Source: an uncultured Acidobacteriota bacterium (GTDB lineage Bacteria; Acidobacteriota; Terriglobia; UBA7540; JAPUME01). From it: a stretch of 64,000 nucleotides of DNA. The stretch covers positions 167-64,166 of the forward strand of contig CAZSDV010000002.1 in NCBI GenBank assembly GCA_964605715.1, written 5' to 3'. Shown here in pieces: positions 20,968-31,264 of this stretch (its first letter is position 1; the number at the start of each line of letters is the position of its first letter). A program made the translations under genes and the position numbers. A model generated the notes under the pieces. It worked only from the letters and a program-made list of their open reading frames with translations, did not search any database and was not told the DNA's origin.

Positions 20968-21837
20968 GTGGCCTTACAAAACGCTCTATTAATTTTTCTC
21001 ATTACCTTTCTTCTTGAAGCATCCACTGAAACTCGAGGAGAAAGTATACAAGCCTCGGACGGGGTTTATTGTGTGGGACGCGGAGAGTGGGGGCGCCTGA
21101 AAGTACTTAGTCACCCTCAGGATTCAAACGTCTACCTGATCTCAGGAGGCAACGAACTGGCCTTAATTGACACTGGAACTGGAGTAAGGATTGACCGGAT
21201 CCTTTCCAATATTCGAACTCGAGGATTCAACCCGAAAAAAATCACAAAGATATTCCTTACCAGCGCACACTTCGATCACTCAGGGGGAGTTATTCCGCTA
21301 TTGAAACGGTTTCCAAATCTTAAGATCTATGCTGGCAAACCGGAGGTAGCCCCACTCAGAAACTCAAATTCCAGTTACCTTGCTTACTCGCTCCTTTCTT
21401 CAATGCCAGCCCTCGAACCCATCCAGGTTGATCACACTCCAGCTGACAAGGAGGTAATCCGTGTTGGGCGCGTTTCGGTAACCGCTTTTGAAGTTCCCGG
21501 GCATACGCCGGGAGCAATCGCTTACCTGGCCGAGGTGGGTGGTCAAAAAATTCTCTTTACGGGAGATACAGCCATCGGAGATCAACCTTTAGGAAAGGGG
21601 ATTCTTGGAAAACTTGATGGACATTGGCGCTCTAACGTCACTGATCTCGACAGCTCTCTGCGCCGGCTGTTTCACTTGAATGCAGAAGTCATGCTCCCTG
21701 GGCATGGTCGCTGGTTCAGGGGTCGCCGGCAGGTACAAGAAAATCTCCAGCATTGCCAATGGCGACTGGACTTCCTTTTGAGAATCCCCGACGTTGAAAC
21801 ACTTTTGATGATTGGCAAGGCACCTGACCCACGTTAA
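20968..21837 (+). CDS. MBL-fold metallo-hydrolase, secreted
   Basis: 289 aa. Signal peptide. Metallo-beta-lactamase motif region LTSAHFDHSGG plus the downstream GHTPG and GD..I motifs. Confidence 0.8.
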   Translation: MALQNALLIFLITFLLEASTETRGESIQASDGVYCVGRGEWGRLKVLSHPQDSNVYLISGGNELALIDTGTGVRIDRILSNIRTRGFNPKKITKIFLTSAHFDHSGGVIPLLKRFPNLKIYAGKPEVAPLRNSNSSYLAYSLLSSMPALEPIQVDHTPADKEVIRVGRVSVTAFEVPGHTPGAIAYLAEVGGQKILFTGDTAIGDQPLGKGILGKLDGHWRSNVTDLDSSLRRLFHLNAEVMLPGHGRWFRGRRQVQENLQHCQWRLDFLLRIPDVETLLMIGKAPDPR

Positions 21838-21895
21838 ACTCAGGGGCACAAATGGCTATATTTCTCCGAGCTACCAACATCCGGTTTCCACTACT

Positions 21896-23068
21896 GTGAA
21901 GATTCTTTCTCCTCTCACTCGATTCCTGACCGACGAACTTCATCGTCGTCGTCGTATTTCATTCCGAGAATATATGCACTGGTGCCTATATCATCCCCAG
22001 TATGGCTATTATTTACAGGCCCGAGGGCGCACCGGAAAAGAAGGTGACTTCTTCACTAGCAGTGATATTGGAACTCTATTTGCCCGTATTGTCGCGCGTC
22101 AGATCATCGAGATCTGGAATGTGCTTGAACGACCACATCCATTTGACCTAGTGGAAATGGGTGCCGGAAAGGGTCTATTTGCTCTCGATTTTCTGCGCTG
22201 GGTTGAGCGCAAGGCTCCCGAATTCCATCAAGCCTTGCGCTACACGGTGATCGAATCAGGAGGAGAGCAGGCAGCAGCTTGTGCAAGGCTACGCAAGTCC
22301 GAATTGGGTAACAAGGTGCAATTCGCTGATAACCTTGAGGCTCTTAATCCTGTGATTGGCTGTTTTTTTTCGAACGAGCTAGTAGATGCCTTTCCTGTTT
22401 CGGTAGTTGGCCGCATCGGTGGACGGCTAAAGGAACTCTATCTAACACTAAAAGACGGCAGGTTAACCGAAGAGTTCGGGCCACTAAGCAACACTGGAGT
22501 GGCAGCCTACGTCGCCCGTTATGCTCATGAACTCGAAGAAGGCTTACGAATGGAGGTCCAGCTAGAGGCGACCAAATGGCTAAAAGGGGTGGCTAAAAAA
22601 CTTAAGCAGGGATTCATTCTTACAGTAGATTATGGCAACTTGGCACCTCAACTTTACCGTATACCTCACCCACGAGGGACACTCCTCTCTTTTCGGCATC
22701 ATAAGGCAAGTGAAGATTTTTATAGAACGCCAGGAGAGCAGGACCTCAGCGCACATGTTAATTTCACATCACTTATTGATGCAGGAAAGGATGCAGGACT
22801 TATATCTACAGGCTTCACTACTCAGGAAAAATTCTTGATGGCGCTTGGCGAGTCTGACCAATTTGCAGAATTTTTCGAGGAAGAAAGCACTGAGGTTGGA
22901 AGGCTCCAAGCACGCCTACAGCTGAAACGACTCATTTACCCCGAGGATATGGGTGAAGTTTTCAAGATACTAATACAACACCGAGGAGTCAAGGAACCGG
23001 ATCTTACCGGGCTAAGATACGCTACTCCACCTCACCCTTTTAGCCCAAAGAAAGAGAAAGTTCGATAA
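21896..23068 (+). CDS. SAM-dependent methyltransferase, DUF185 / NDUFAF7-like family
   Basis: ISFREYMHWCLYHPQYGYY and VEMGAGKG motifs. The ORF track starts at 21812, overlapping the MBL gene. The family N-terminus aligns better with the GTG at 21896 (VKILSPLTRFL...). Confidence 0.8.
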   Translation: MKILSPLTRFLTDELHRRRRISFREYMHWCLYHPQYGYYLQARGRTGKEGDFFTSSDIGTLFARIVARQIIEIWNVLERPHPFDLVEMGAGKGLFALDFLRWVERKAPEFHQALRYTVIESGGEQAAACARLRKSELGNKVQFADNLEALNPVIGCFFSNELVDAFPVSVVGRIGGRLKELYLTLKDGRLTEEFGPLSNTGVAAYVARYAHELEEGLRMEVQLEATKWLKGVAKKLKQGFILTVDYGNLAPQLYRIPHPRGTLLSFRHHKASEDFYRTPGEQDLSAHVNFTSLIDAGKDAGLISTGFTTQEKFLMALGESDQFAEFFEEESTEVGRLQARLQLKRLIYPEDMGEVFKILIQHRGVKEPDLTGLRYATPPHPFSPKKEKVR

Positions 23069-23089
23069 AAGCCTTAATTCTAGCTGGCT

Positions 23090-25072
23090 TCAACCAATAC
23101 GGCGGGAAGCTTTACGAAAAGCTTCCTTGAGATATTTATTAGCTTCATCGAGAGCACCTTGCGCGTTGTCATTAGTCTGAAGTGCGCGACGATACTCATT
23201 CACGGCTCGGTCCCGTTGGCCGGTAAGATCAAAAATCTTGCCCAGGGTCAAATGGCACCATACCTCGATCCACCTAGGATTCAAGTCGCCTTTCAGTGCC
23301 GCGCGGAACGAACGATTAGCTTCCTGGTAATTCTGCAGCTTAAAAAAAATATCCCCAATGCGATAATTAGCAAGTGAGCTATTTCGGTTCAACTGGAGAA
23401 CATCTTGATAGGCCCTAATGGCTTCAAGATAAGCCCGCCCCTGCATTAACTGGTCCGCTCTTGCTAACTGGACCTCGTAACGGGTACGGTCATCATACTT
23501 TAGAATCCGACTGGCCGGGTCCACAATCACCTTCAAGGGCTTCGTTCTGGTATTGATTGTAAAATCAACGGTTGTCCCTATCATGTCCAGCTTTACGGAG
23601 ACGGGCCGTGCCCCCTCGGCAAGGATACGTACCTCCACCGGCATGCGAAAAATATCTAAATCTTGCTCAATTTTTCCAACTGTCTGGTAGCCCTGAGCGG
23701 TTCTGTAGACCACCCAGCTCCTCTTGAACTGAGGTACCCCGGTTGAGTTGACCCACTGAGCAAAGAAATAGGTGAGCTCCTGTTCGGTTTCCTCCTCCAA
23801 TAAAATCTGGAGGTCTTCAGAGGCAATAGTATCCCAGGCGTAATCGGTAACCATAGCCCGAAGTGCTTCAATAAATTTTTCCTGGCCCACTACGTAACGG
23901 AGCATATGAAAAACCATCGCCCCTTTTTGAAAAACAACTGATTGGAATTCAGCGGAGTACTCCCGGAGAAGCCCTGACTGACTGAGGGGAACCGCATCCT
24001 CTCTTGTTAATGCCCCAACAGATATCCTTCTCATGGTCTGCTCAAATCCCGCCTGACCCTTGACCTCTTCTTCAAACATAGCAGCAGAATAGGTCGCCAA
24101 CCCCTCCTCAAGATATCTATCGTGAATTGTTTCGGGACTTACGAGATTGCGCCACCATTGATGAGCTAGTTCGTGCCCCAGTAAACTGTAATTGACATTG
24201 GCAGTCAGTCCACGTGCGGCAAGAAGCGTTAGGCCCGGGCCGGAGTAACCTCCCACTCCACCATCCTCAATTTCGACGATGGCAAGCTGCTGAAAAGGGT
24301 AAGGGCCGAACTGGCGAGAGTAGAAATTTACAGCTTCAGAAATAGCCTCTGCGTAGACCTCTACTATTTCCGGGTCGTCGCGCTTCAGATAGAAGGTCGT
24401 ACTGGGCCCGGGTTCGGTAGAGGGAATAACATTGTAGCTACCTGCCGCAACAGTTCCAGGAAAGGTTGTGTTGTGTTCCCGAAACGTATAGGTAATCTTA
24501 CCGGATTCAGAAACCGGTTGAGCCCCCTCACCAGAAGCAATAACTACCTCGCCAGTGGGAACGGTAATACGCATTTCCGCCGAAAAGCGATCTACTCCAT
24601 AACCGCTTACCGGAAACCAACGTGCCGGGTAAAGCAGGTAAGAGCCCTCAGGTCCAATGTATGCGAGCTTTAGATTCTCAACTGGGCTACCTTCAGCCGT
24701 TGCAAGTACCCCCCCATATTCGATAGTAAGAAAACTAGCCTCACCTTCAGCCAATGGGTTAAGGAAATCTACATTCAGTTGATAGCCTCTATCCTGGCGG
24801 AATCCCAGGGGTTCACCTTTAGCATCGACTACGCTTTGAACCCGCAAGCTTCGATTAAGTTCAAGAGTAAGGGTTAGTAAGTCAGTGAGAGGAAGGAAAT
24901 CAATCCTCACTCTTGAAGTAATTAAGTGGGCAGATGGGAATAGCTCCGCCTCAATAGTGTAGCTCTCTACATCTACTCTCTCCAGCTGCCCGAAAACTGA
25001 AGAAGGAGTTGCTGCCAGCAACAAGATCACCCAGAACAGCATAATTGCTCCTATAGCTTCTTTTTGCCTCAT
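23090..25072 (-). CDS. M1 family metallopeptidase with C-terminal TPR repeats
   Basis: 660 aa. Signal peptide, zinc site HELAHQWW plus a downstream E (LEEGLATY), and a TPR-like C-terminal 120 aa. Confidence 0.85.
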   Translation of the reverse strand: MRQKEAIGAIMLFWVILLLAATPSSVFGQLERVDVESYTIEAELFPSAHLITSRVRIDFLPLTDLLTLTLELNRSLRVQSVVDAKGEPLGFRQDRGYQLNVDFLNPLAEGEASFLTIEYGGVLATAEGSPVENLKLAYIGPEGSYLLYPARWFPVSGYGVDRFSAEMRITVPTGEVVIASGEGAQPVSESGKITYTFREHNTTFPGTVAAGSYNVIPSTEPGPSTTFYLKRDDPEIVEVYAEAISEAVNFYSRQFGPYPFQQLAIVEIEDGGVGGYSGPGLTLLAARGLTANVNYSLLGHELAHQWWRNLVSPETIHDRYLEEGLATYSAAMFEEEVKGQAGFEQTMRRISVGALTREDAVPLSQSGLLREYSAEFQSVVFQKGAMVFHMLRYVVGQEKFIEALRAMVTDYAWDTIASEDLQILLEEETEQELTYFFAQWVNSTGVPQFKRSWVVYRTAQGYQTVGKIEQDLDIFRMPVEVRILAEGARPVSVKLDMIGTTVDFTINTRTKPLKVIVDPASRILKYDDRTRYEVQLARADQLMQGRAYLEAIRAYQDVLQLNRNSSLANYRIGDIFFKLQNYQEANRSFRAALKGDLNPRWIEVWCHLTLGKIFDLTGQRDRAVNEYRRALQTNDNAQGALDEANKYLKEAFRKASRRIG

Positions 25073-25256
25073 TCAGCACCTTCGAAGTGGACATATGCCG
25101 ACTCTCAATTATATTACGCTGTAACCTAAATCGTTGCCTACTAGTTTAACCGGACTGCGCAATGCCGTACAGTAAAGGATCCCAGGTGCCACAGTACTCA
25201 CCAAGGGTACTGCTTAGGAAACCCTCTCCCAAGAAGCCTAACAAGCAAATTCAAAC

Positions 25257-26420
25257 TTAGTGTCCGAGTGTTCTTAAAATCAATTCTGCAGCCCGCTCAA
25301 CCGCCCCTGGACCGCCTAAAGCTGACCTTACTTCGGTCAACTCCGCCACCATCTTCTCGCGCACCTGCCGTTCGTCTAATAGCCTCTCCACTTCACGAGC
25401 TATTTTAGGTCCCGTAAAATCTTGCTGGAAGAGTTCCTTCACAATCTCCCGCCCGGCAATCAGATTCACCATAGAATAAAAAGGGACGTCTACCAGTAAC
25501 CTACCCACTAACCACGTAAGAGCTGAAACCCGGTAGACAACCACCATTGGACACCCGAGCAGACAGGCTTCTAGGGTTGCTGTACCGCTCGCTACAACAG
25601 CGGCCGCAGAGTATTTTAGGGCACTATAAGCACTACCCTTCAGCACCCGCAAGGAAGAGATGTTCCCTCCCCAGTCTTTAACAGAACGCTGTATCAAGCC
25701 AGGAGAAAGAGTGGAGGCAGAGGGGATCACAAATTGAATATCACGAGAGCCAGAAAGAATCGTAATGGCCTCAAGCATTTTCGGCAAATTGTGGCAAACC
25801 TCTCCTTTCCGACTGCCAGGTAACATTGCAACCACAGGGCATACCGGGTTGAGGAAATTCTGGGAAAAAAACTCCTCTCGACTCAACGAAGATTCAACTG
25901 ACCCCACCAACGGATGCCCAACATACTCAACATCAATTCCTGCCTGACGATAGAAATCTTCCTCAAACGGAAAAATGCATATCATCTTACTTATTGTCTT
26001 GCGCATTACATGCACGCGAGATTTTCTCCATGCCCAAATCTGAGGGCTTACAAAGTAGATGACCGGAATTCCTCGTTGCTTCAGTTTTTTTGCCAGCCGA
26101 AGATTGAAATCTGGAAAGTCAATTAAGATGGCAGCACGTGGCTTGCGCGCATCCACCTCCTGAAGAAGTCTGTGAAAAGCTCCAAGAATCCGCGGGAAAA
26201 AACCTGCGACTTCGGTGATTCCCACCACAGAAACATCACGCGCATTAACAACGGTATCAACTCCTGCGCGCCGCATCTCCTGCCCTCCACAACCAAAGAA
26301 TTTTAACTCCCCTGACTTCCTCCTGAGAGAGTCGGCAAGCTGTGCACCGTACAGGTCTCCAGAGAGCTCCCCTGCGACGATAAGCAGTGGGTCACCAGCT
26401 AATGGTGTTTCAGTCGGCAT
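25257..26420 (-). CDS. lpxB: lipid-A-disaccharide synthase
   Basis: 387 aa. LpxB pattern: AGELSGDLYGAQL, YFVSPQIWAWR, PGSR..E, SGTATLE. Confidence 0.92.
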   Translation of the reverse strand: MPTETPLAGDPLLIVAGELSGDLYGAQLADSLRRKSGELKFFGCGGQEMRRAGVDTVVNARDVSVVGITEVAGFFPRILGAFHRLLQEVDARKPRAAILIDFPDFNLRLAKKLKQRGIPVIYFVSPQIWAWRKSRVHVMRKTISKMICIFPFEEDFYRQAGIDVEYVGHPLVGSVESSLSREEFFSQNFLNPVCPVVAMLPGSRKGEVCHNLPKMLEAITILSGSRDIQFVIPSASTLSPGLIQRSVKDWGGNISSLRVLKGSAYSALKYSAAAVVASGTATLEACLLGCPMVVVYRVSALTWLVGRLLVDVPFYSMVNLIAGREIVKELFQQDFTGPKIAREVERLLDERQVREKMVAELTEVRSALGGPGAVERAAELILRTLGH

Positions 26421-26424
26421 AGCC

Positions 26425-28278
26425 TTAAACCTGTTTCTCCTGAAGACTTAAGATTTCCTGTTGTTTGTATTGGAGCTGGTAGAGTTTATAGTAGAGTCCT
26501 CGCTCTTCCATTAACTCCTGGTGAGTGCCAGTTTCGCGGACTTGGCCTTTGTGCAGTACGACAATCTTGTCAGCATTTTGGATGGTTGAGAGCCGATGGG
26601 CGATAACCAGGGCAGTCCGACTTTCAAGTAACTTTTCCACGCCTTCGCGCACAGCAAATTCGGTCTCAGGATCAACACTCGAGGTGGCTTCGTCAAGAAT
26701 CAGTATTCGTGGCTCGTGCGCCAGCGCACGAGCGTACGAAAGCAATTGCTTCTGGCCAACCGAAAGTATAGAACTTCGTTCGTCCATTTGTGCCTGGTAC
26801 TTTTTTGGAAGTTGATTGACATACCGATCAAACTTCACACGCCTGGCAGCACTTTCGAGTGCTTCCTGTTGAATACCCTCAGTTCCCAAGCGGATGTTGC
26901 TTGAAATTGTACCCGAAAACAAATAAGGGTCCTGGAGCACAACTGCAAAGTTGCGTCGCAGGTCCGATTGCCGCAGCAGGCGGATGTCCACTCCGTCTAT
27001 AAGAATCTCCCCTTCACTGACATCATAAAATCGCAAGAGAAGGCTAGCAAGTGTCGTTTTTCCAGCCCCCGTGTGGCCTACCACCGCTACCGTCTGGCCC
27101 GGATCTACAGTAAAGGATGTACCTCTCAGGACCTTATGATCGCCCTGGTAGGCAAATGTTACGTTACGAAATTCAATCCTGCCCTTCCCTAGCTTTAATT
27201 CCTTCGGCTGTGAAGGATCGTTAACAGTAACAGGGGCATCAAGAAGGTTAAAGATTCTCTCAGAACTCGCCATTGCTGATTGGAGAATATTGTATTTATC
27301 ACTCAGATCCTGAATTGGCCGGTAAAAACGTTGCGAGTACTGGATGAAAGCCAACACCACTCCAAGACTAACCAAACCATCCATTGTTAGTCCTCCTCCA
27401 AACCACAAGACGATCGCTACTGCAACCACACCAAGACATTCTACTGCTGGGAGAAAAAGACCGTAGGCAAAAATGGAATCCTTGTAGGCCCTCAATTGTT
27501 TACGGTTTATAGTTTTAAACTCCTCAAAACTCAACTGCTCACGATTCGAAAGTTGGATGACGACAATGCCTGAAAGGTGCTCCTGTAGATAGGCATTGAT
27601 TCTAGCTAAAGTTGTGCGTGTGCGCCGATAGGACTCCCTCACGACACGCCGGAAAACCATAGTGATAATGATGATGAACGGAAGGACAGCAAAAGTCATA
27701 AGCGCAATACGCCAATTTATAGTCAGCATGACAATAATGATGCCAAAGAGTGTAAAGAGATCTCCAAAAATCGCCACTACACCGGAAGCAAAAAGTTCGT
27801 TCAATACATCGACATCTGCAGTAACGCGAGTTACAAGTCTTCCCACAGGATTCTTGTCGAAGAAACTAAGAGGAAGTCTTTGTAGGTGGGCAAAGACCTC
27901 CCTTCGCACATCAAACATGATCTTCTGCCCCACTAGTTGCATCGTGTATGTCTGGAGAAACTCAAGTGCAAAAGTAAGAAAAAGCGTTGGTAAAAAGATG
28001 AGCAGTACAATCTGAAAGATGCCAATCTGAGGATCAGGACTAAGCCACGGGTCAAGGAAAGCGGCAACGGGCCTGGATGGGTCTGGGTCAAGATAGTGGT
28101 CTACTTCCACCTTAAGCAAGTACGGAGGGATCACCTGCAAAAAGGATGCGCCGACAATGGCGACAAAGGCGACCACCGCAACTTTCCGGTAAGGCGACAT
28201 ATAGCCTAGAAGTCGCCGCATTAATTGCCAGTCGTAGGCTTTCCCGAGAACTTCCTCTTCATGGTAAATGTTAGACAC
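26425..28278 (-). CDS. ABC transporter permease/ATP-binding protein (type I exporter half-transporter)
   Basis: 617 aa. Six-TM domain, then Walker A GHTGAGKTT, signature LSVGQKQ and Walker B ILILDEATS. Confidence 0.9.
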   Translation of the reverse strand: MSNIYHEEEVLGKAYDWQLMRRLLGYMSPYRKVAVVAFVAIVGASFLQVIPPYLLKVEVDHYLDPDPSRPVAAFLDPWLSPDPQIGIFQIVLLIFLPTLFLTFALEFLQTYTMQLVGQKIMFDVRREVFAHLQRLPLSFFDKNPVGRLVTRVTADVDVLNELFASGVVAIFGDLFTLFGIIIVMLTINWRIALMTFAVLPFIIIITMVFRRVVRESYRRTRTTLARINAYLQEHLSGIVVIQLSNREQLSFEEFKTINRKQLRAYKDSIFAYGLFLPAVECLGVVAVAIVLWFGGGLTMDGLVSLGVVLAFIQYSQRFYRPIQDLSDKYNILQSAMASSERIFNLLDAPVTVNDPSQPKELKLGKGRIEFRNVTFAYQGDHKVLRGTSFTVDPGQTVAVVGHTGAGKTTLASLLLRFYDVSEGEILIDGVDIRLLRQSDLRRNFAVVLQDPYLFSGTISSNIRLGTEGIQQEALESAARRVKFDRYVNQLPKKYQAQMDERSSILSVGQKQLLSYARALAHEPRILILDEATSSVDPETEFAVREGVEKLLESRTALVIAHRLSTIQNADKIVVLHKGQVRETGTHQELMEERGLYYKLYQLQYKQQEILSLQEKQV

Positions 28279-28326
28279 TGAAGTAATAGCCCTCAGACAA
28301 AAAAATGGAAACCATCAAGAATCGTG

Positions 28327-30090
28327 TCAGGTTTTCTCTATTTCCTCTTCAATTATTTGTTTGTTGTAGAGGTTCATGTAGATCCCGTTTTCACCTAGTA
28401 ATTCCGAGTGTGTCCCTCTCTCAACAATGGTACCTTCATCCAAAACCACAATCTGGTCGGCATGCTGCACGGTGGAGACACGGTGAGAAATCAGGAGTGT
28501 TGTTTTCTCACGCATTACTTCCTTTAAATGGCGAAGAATCTTCTCTTCGGTAAACGTATCAACACTAGAAAAGGAATCGTCTAAGACCAAAATCGGCGGA
28601 TCGTGAAGTATCGCGCGCGCTATGCTAGTGCGCTGCTTCTGGCCACCTGAAAGCGTTATCCCTCGCTCACCAACCATAGTATTCATGCCATGAGGAAACA
28701 TCTGTATATCGGGAAGAATCTGGGAAATTTTGGCTGCCTGCTCCACCCGGTCTTCCGAAGCTTCTCTCACTCCAAAAGCAATGTTGTTACCGACGGTCTG
28801 GCTAAATAAGAACGGCTCCTGAGGAACAAAGCCAATTTGCGAGCGAAGGAAAACCAGTGGGATCTTCTGCACTGAAACACCATCAATCAAAACACTTCCA
28901 GGAGGCGGATCGTAGATGCGAGGCAATAAATTAACTAATGTAGATTTACCTGAGCCTGTGGCTCCAACAATCGCAATTGTCTGTCCACTCTCGATTTTTA
29001 GGTTGATATCTTTCAGGACCACTTTACCGTTATAACTGAAGGTCAGGTTGCGAAACTCGACATTCCCTTCCAAACGTTTGGCCTTAAAATTTCCTCTCAC
29101 TCCCTTTTCCATATCTATATCCCTGTCGATGATATCGGGCTGAGCCTGAAATATTAAGTCGATCCTATTGAGGGAAGCTATCCCCCGCTGAAACAGATTT
29201 GATACCCATCCGAGGGCAATCATGGGCCAGATTAAAACCATGAGGTAAACGTGAAATGCCATGAAAGTCCCAATAGTGATTCGCCCGCTGAGGACATGAA
29301 AGCCTCCTACCATCACAACCAACCCAAAGGAGATCCCGGACAACAAGGCCAGGCCAGGATAAAGGAAGCTCCAAATAGTAATCAATTGCTTGTTAGCTAA
29401 AACTAACTTACGGTTGAGCTTAGCAAACTCAGTCTTCTGAGCCTCTTCCTGCCGATAGGCCCGAAGCATCCTTACACCCACCACATTCTCACGCACTTTT
29501 TCACTGAGAGAAGAGTAAAGAGCTTGAATAGATTCAAACCGGTCATGTATCTTTTTTCCGAAGTGTTTGACTAAAATTGAAACCACAGGCAGCGGCAGCA
29601 GCACAAGCAACGCTAGCAGCCAATCGAGACTGAGCATTAGGGTGATAGCCCCCAAGCCAATAACCAGTGTATTGGCCGCATACATGATGCCTGGGCCAAT
29701 CATCATGCGTACGGCATGTAGGTCATTTGTCGCCTTCGACATCAAATCACCTATGCGGTTCTGGTTGTAATAAGTGAGTGAAAGGCTCATTAGGTGGCAA
29801 AACAAGTCATTTCGTAAGTCATATTCCACTTCACGAGAAATCCCAATGAGAATCCAGCGCATCCAAAACTGGAAGACCACCTTTACTAGCGCCACACCGA
29901 GCAACAAACCAGTAAAAAAAAACAGGCGGTCACGGTTCAGTATTTCGACCAGGCTATCCACTCCGGAACGAATTACCAAAGGTAAAGAAACCCCGAGTAA
30001 TTGGGTTACAAGCAGCGCGACAAATCCAATCAAGTAGCGTTTCTTATAACGAAACAGGTAAGGATATAATGGACGCAAGCGTTCGAGCAT
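28327..30090 (-). CDS. ABC transporter permease/ATP-binding protein (type I exporter half-transporter)
   Basis: 587 aa. TMD, then GATGSGKST, LSGGQKQR and ILVLDDSFS. Probably forms a heterodimer with the adjacent paralog. Confidence 0.9.
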   Translation of the reverse strand: MLERLRPLYPYLFRYKKRYLIGFVALLVTQLLGVSLPLVIRSGVDSLVEILNRDRLFFFTGLLLGVALVKVVFQFWMRWILIGISREVEYDLRNDLFCHLMSLSLTYYNQNRIGDLMSKATNDLHAVRMMIGPGIMYAANTLVIGLGAITLMLSLDWLLALLVLLPLPVVSILVKHFGKKIHDRFESIQALYSSLSEKVRENVVGVRMLRAYRQEEAQKTEFAKLNRKLVLANKQLITIWSFLYPGLALLSGISFGLVVMVGGFHVLSGRITIGTFMAFHVYLMVLIWPMIALGWVSNLFQRGIASLNRIDLIFQAQPDIIDRDIDMEKGVRGNFKAKRLEGNVEFRNLTFSYNGKVVLKDINLKIESGQTIAIVGATGSGKSTLVNLLPRIYDPPPGSVLIDGVSVQKIPLVFLRSQIGFVPQEPFLFSQTVGNNIAFGVREASEDRVEQAAKISQILPDIQMFPHGMNTMVGERGITLSGGQKQRTSIARAILHDPPILVLDDSFSSVDTFTEEKILRHLKEVMREKTTLLISHRVSTVQHADQIVVLDEGTIVERGTHSELLGENGIYMNLYNKQIIEEEIEKT

Positions 30091-30340
30091 AGTTGCAAAT
30101 TTACCGGATATCGGGTCCAGCCAGCTTTCTGACAGTCACCGAAAGATTGAAAAACATTAACCAGGTGTCAATTCCCAGGGAATTCCGTAGGCGCTCAGCA
30201 GAAGGTCGTTTTATTCCGGCAGCCTGAGGAGGGCCCCACCCGTTGGCAACACGCCGCCAACCCGTAAGCACCTTCACAGGCGGGAAAATTCAAGTAGAAA
30301 TCACAAAGGAGAGAGAATGACCCGCAGGAATCAATTTAAC

Positions 30341-31222
30341 CTAGAAAAATTCCCCGTATAATTGGTCGAAGATTTCCTTCTTCATAGGAAGAGATTTTTT
30401 CACCAGAGGACCTTCTTTAAGGACCGGCTCGCTGTCCTCATAGGTGGGCTGCTCATCCTTATAAAGAACTCCGAGAGGAATCTTATCTCCCCACTCGAAG
30501 GATTTGTCGAGTGCAGAACGAGACTCACTCGGATTATATCCAGCTTCATCTTCGAGCTTATAAACCCGTTGCTTAAAAAATTGATAGGTATTGATCTTGT
30601 TGTAAGTTACGCATGGGCTGAAGACATCCACCAATGAGAATCCTTTGTGGGCAATAGCTCCTGCAATCAACTCCGTCAGATGCTTAGCTTCCCCTGAAAA
30701 CCCGCGTGCAACATAGGTTGCACCGGAAACAATTCCCAAGGCTAGCGGGTTAATAGGAAGCTCAACATTGCCTCGAGGGGTAGACTTAGTCCGGTGTTCC
30801 TTGGTGGTGGTGGGAGAAGCTTGGCCAGTGGTAAGACCATAAATCTGGTTATTCATAACGATGTATGTAAGGTCAAGATTCCGACGCATCGCGTGGACGA
30901 AGTGTCCAAGACCGATGCCGTAGCCATCGCCGTCACCACCGGTGATGACAACGTTCAATTCATGATTGGCAAACTTTGCGCCTGAAGCTACCGCTACCGC
31001 CCGGCCGTGGAGGCTATGTACTCCGTATGCGTGAATGAAGCCCGGAAGATTCGAAGAGCAGCCGATACCTGAAACCAGGAGTAAGTCCTTGGGTTGAATG
31101 GCAAGCTTGGTAGCAGCAAGCTCAACTGCTCTCAGTACCCCAAAATCCCCGCAACCGGGACACCAGTCCGGATCTACCACCCATTTGAAAGTTTCAACCG
31201 GTAACTCTACAACAGTTGCCAT
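30341..31222 (-). CDS. korB: 2-oxoacid:ferredoxin oxidoreductase subunit beta
   Basis: 293 aa. TPP-binding GDGDGYGIG and the CPGCGDFG N-terminal motif. Confidence 0.9.
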   Translation of the reverse strand: MATVVELPVETFKWVVDPDWCPGCGDFGVLRAVELAATKLAIQPKDLLLVSGIGCSSNLPGFIHAYGVHSLHGRAVAVASGAKFANHELNVVITGGDGDGYGIGLGHFVHAMRRNLDLTYIVMNNQIYGLTTGQASPTTTKEHRTKSTPRGNVELPINPLALGIVSGATYVARGFSGEAKHLTELIAGAIAHKGFSLVDVFSPCVTYNKINTYQFFKQRVYKLEDEAGYNPSESRSALDKSFEWGDKIPLGVLYKDEQPTYEDSEPVLKEGPLVKKSLPMKKEIFDQLYGEFF

Positions 31223-31264
31223 AATCCCTACTCCTTAAGTCTTGAAATCTTTGGCGGCCCTTGC

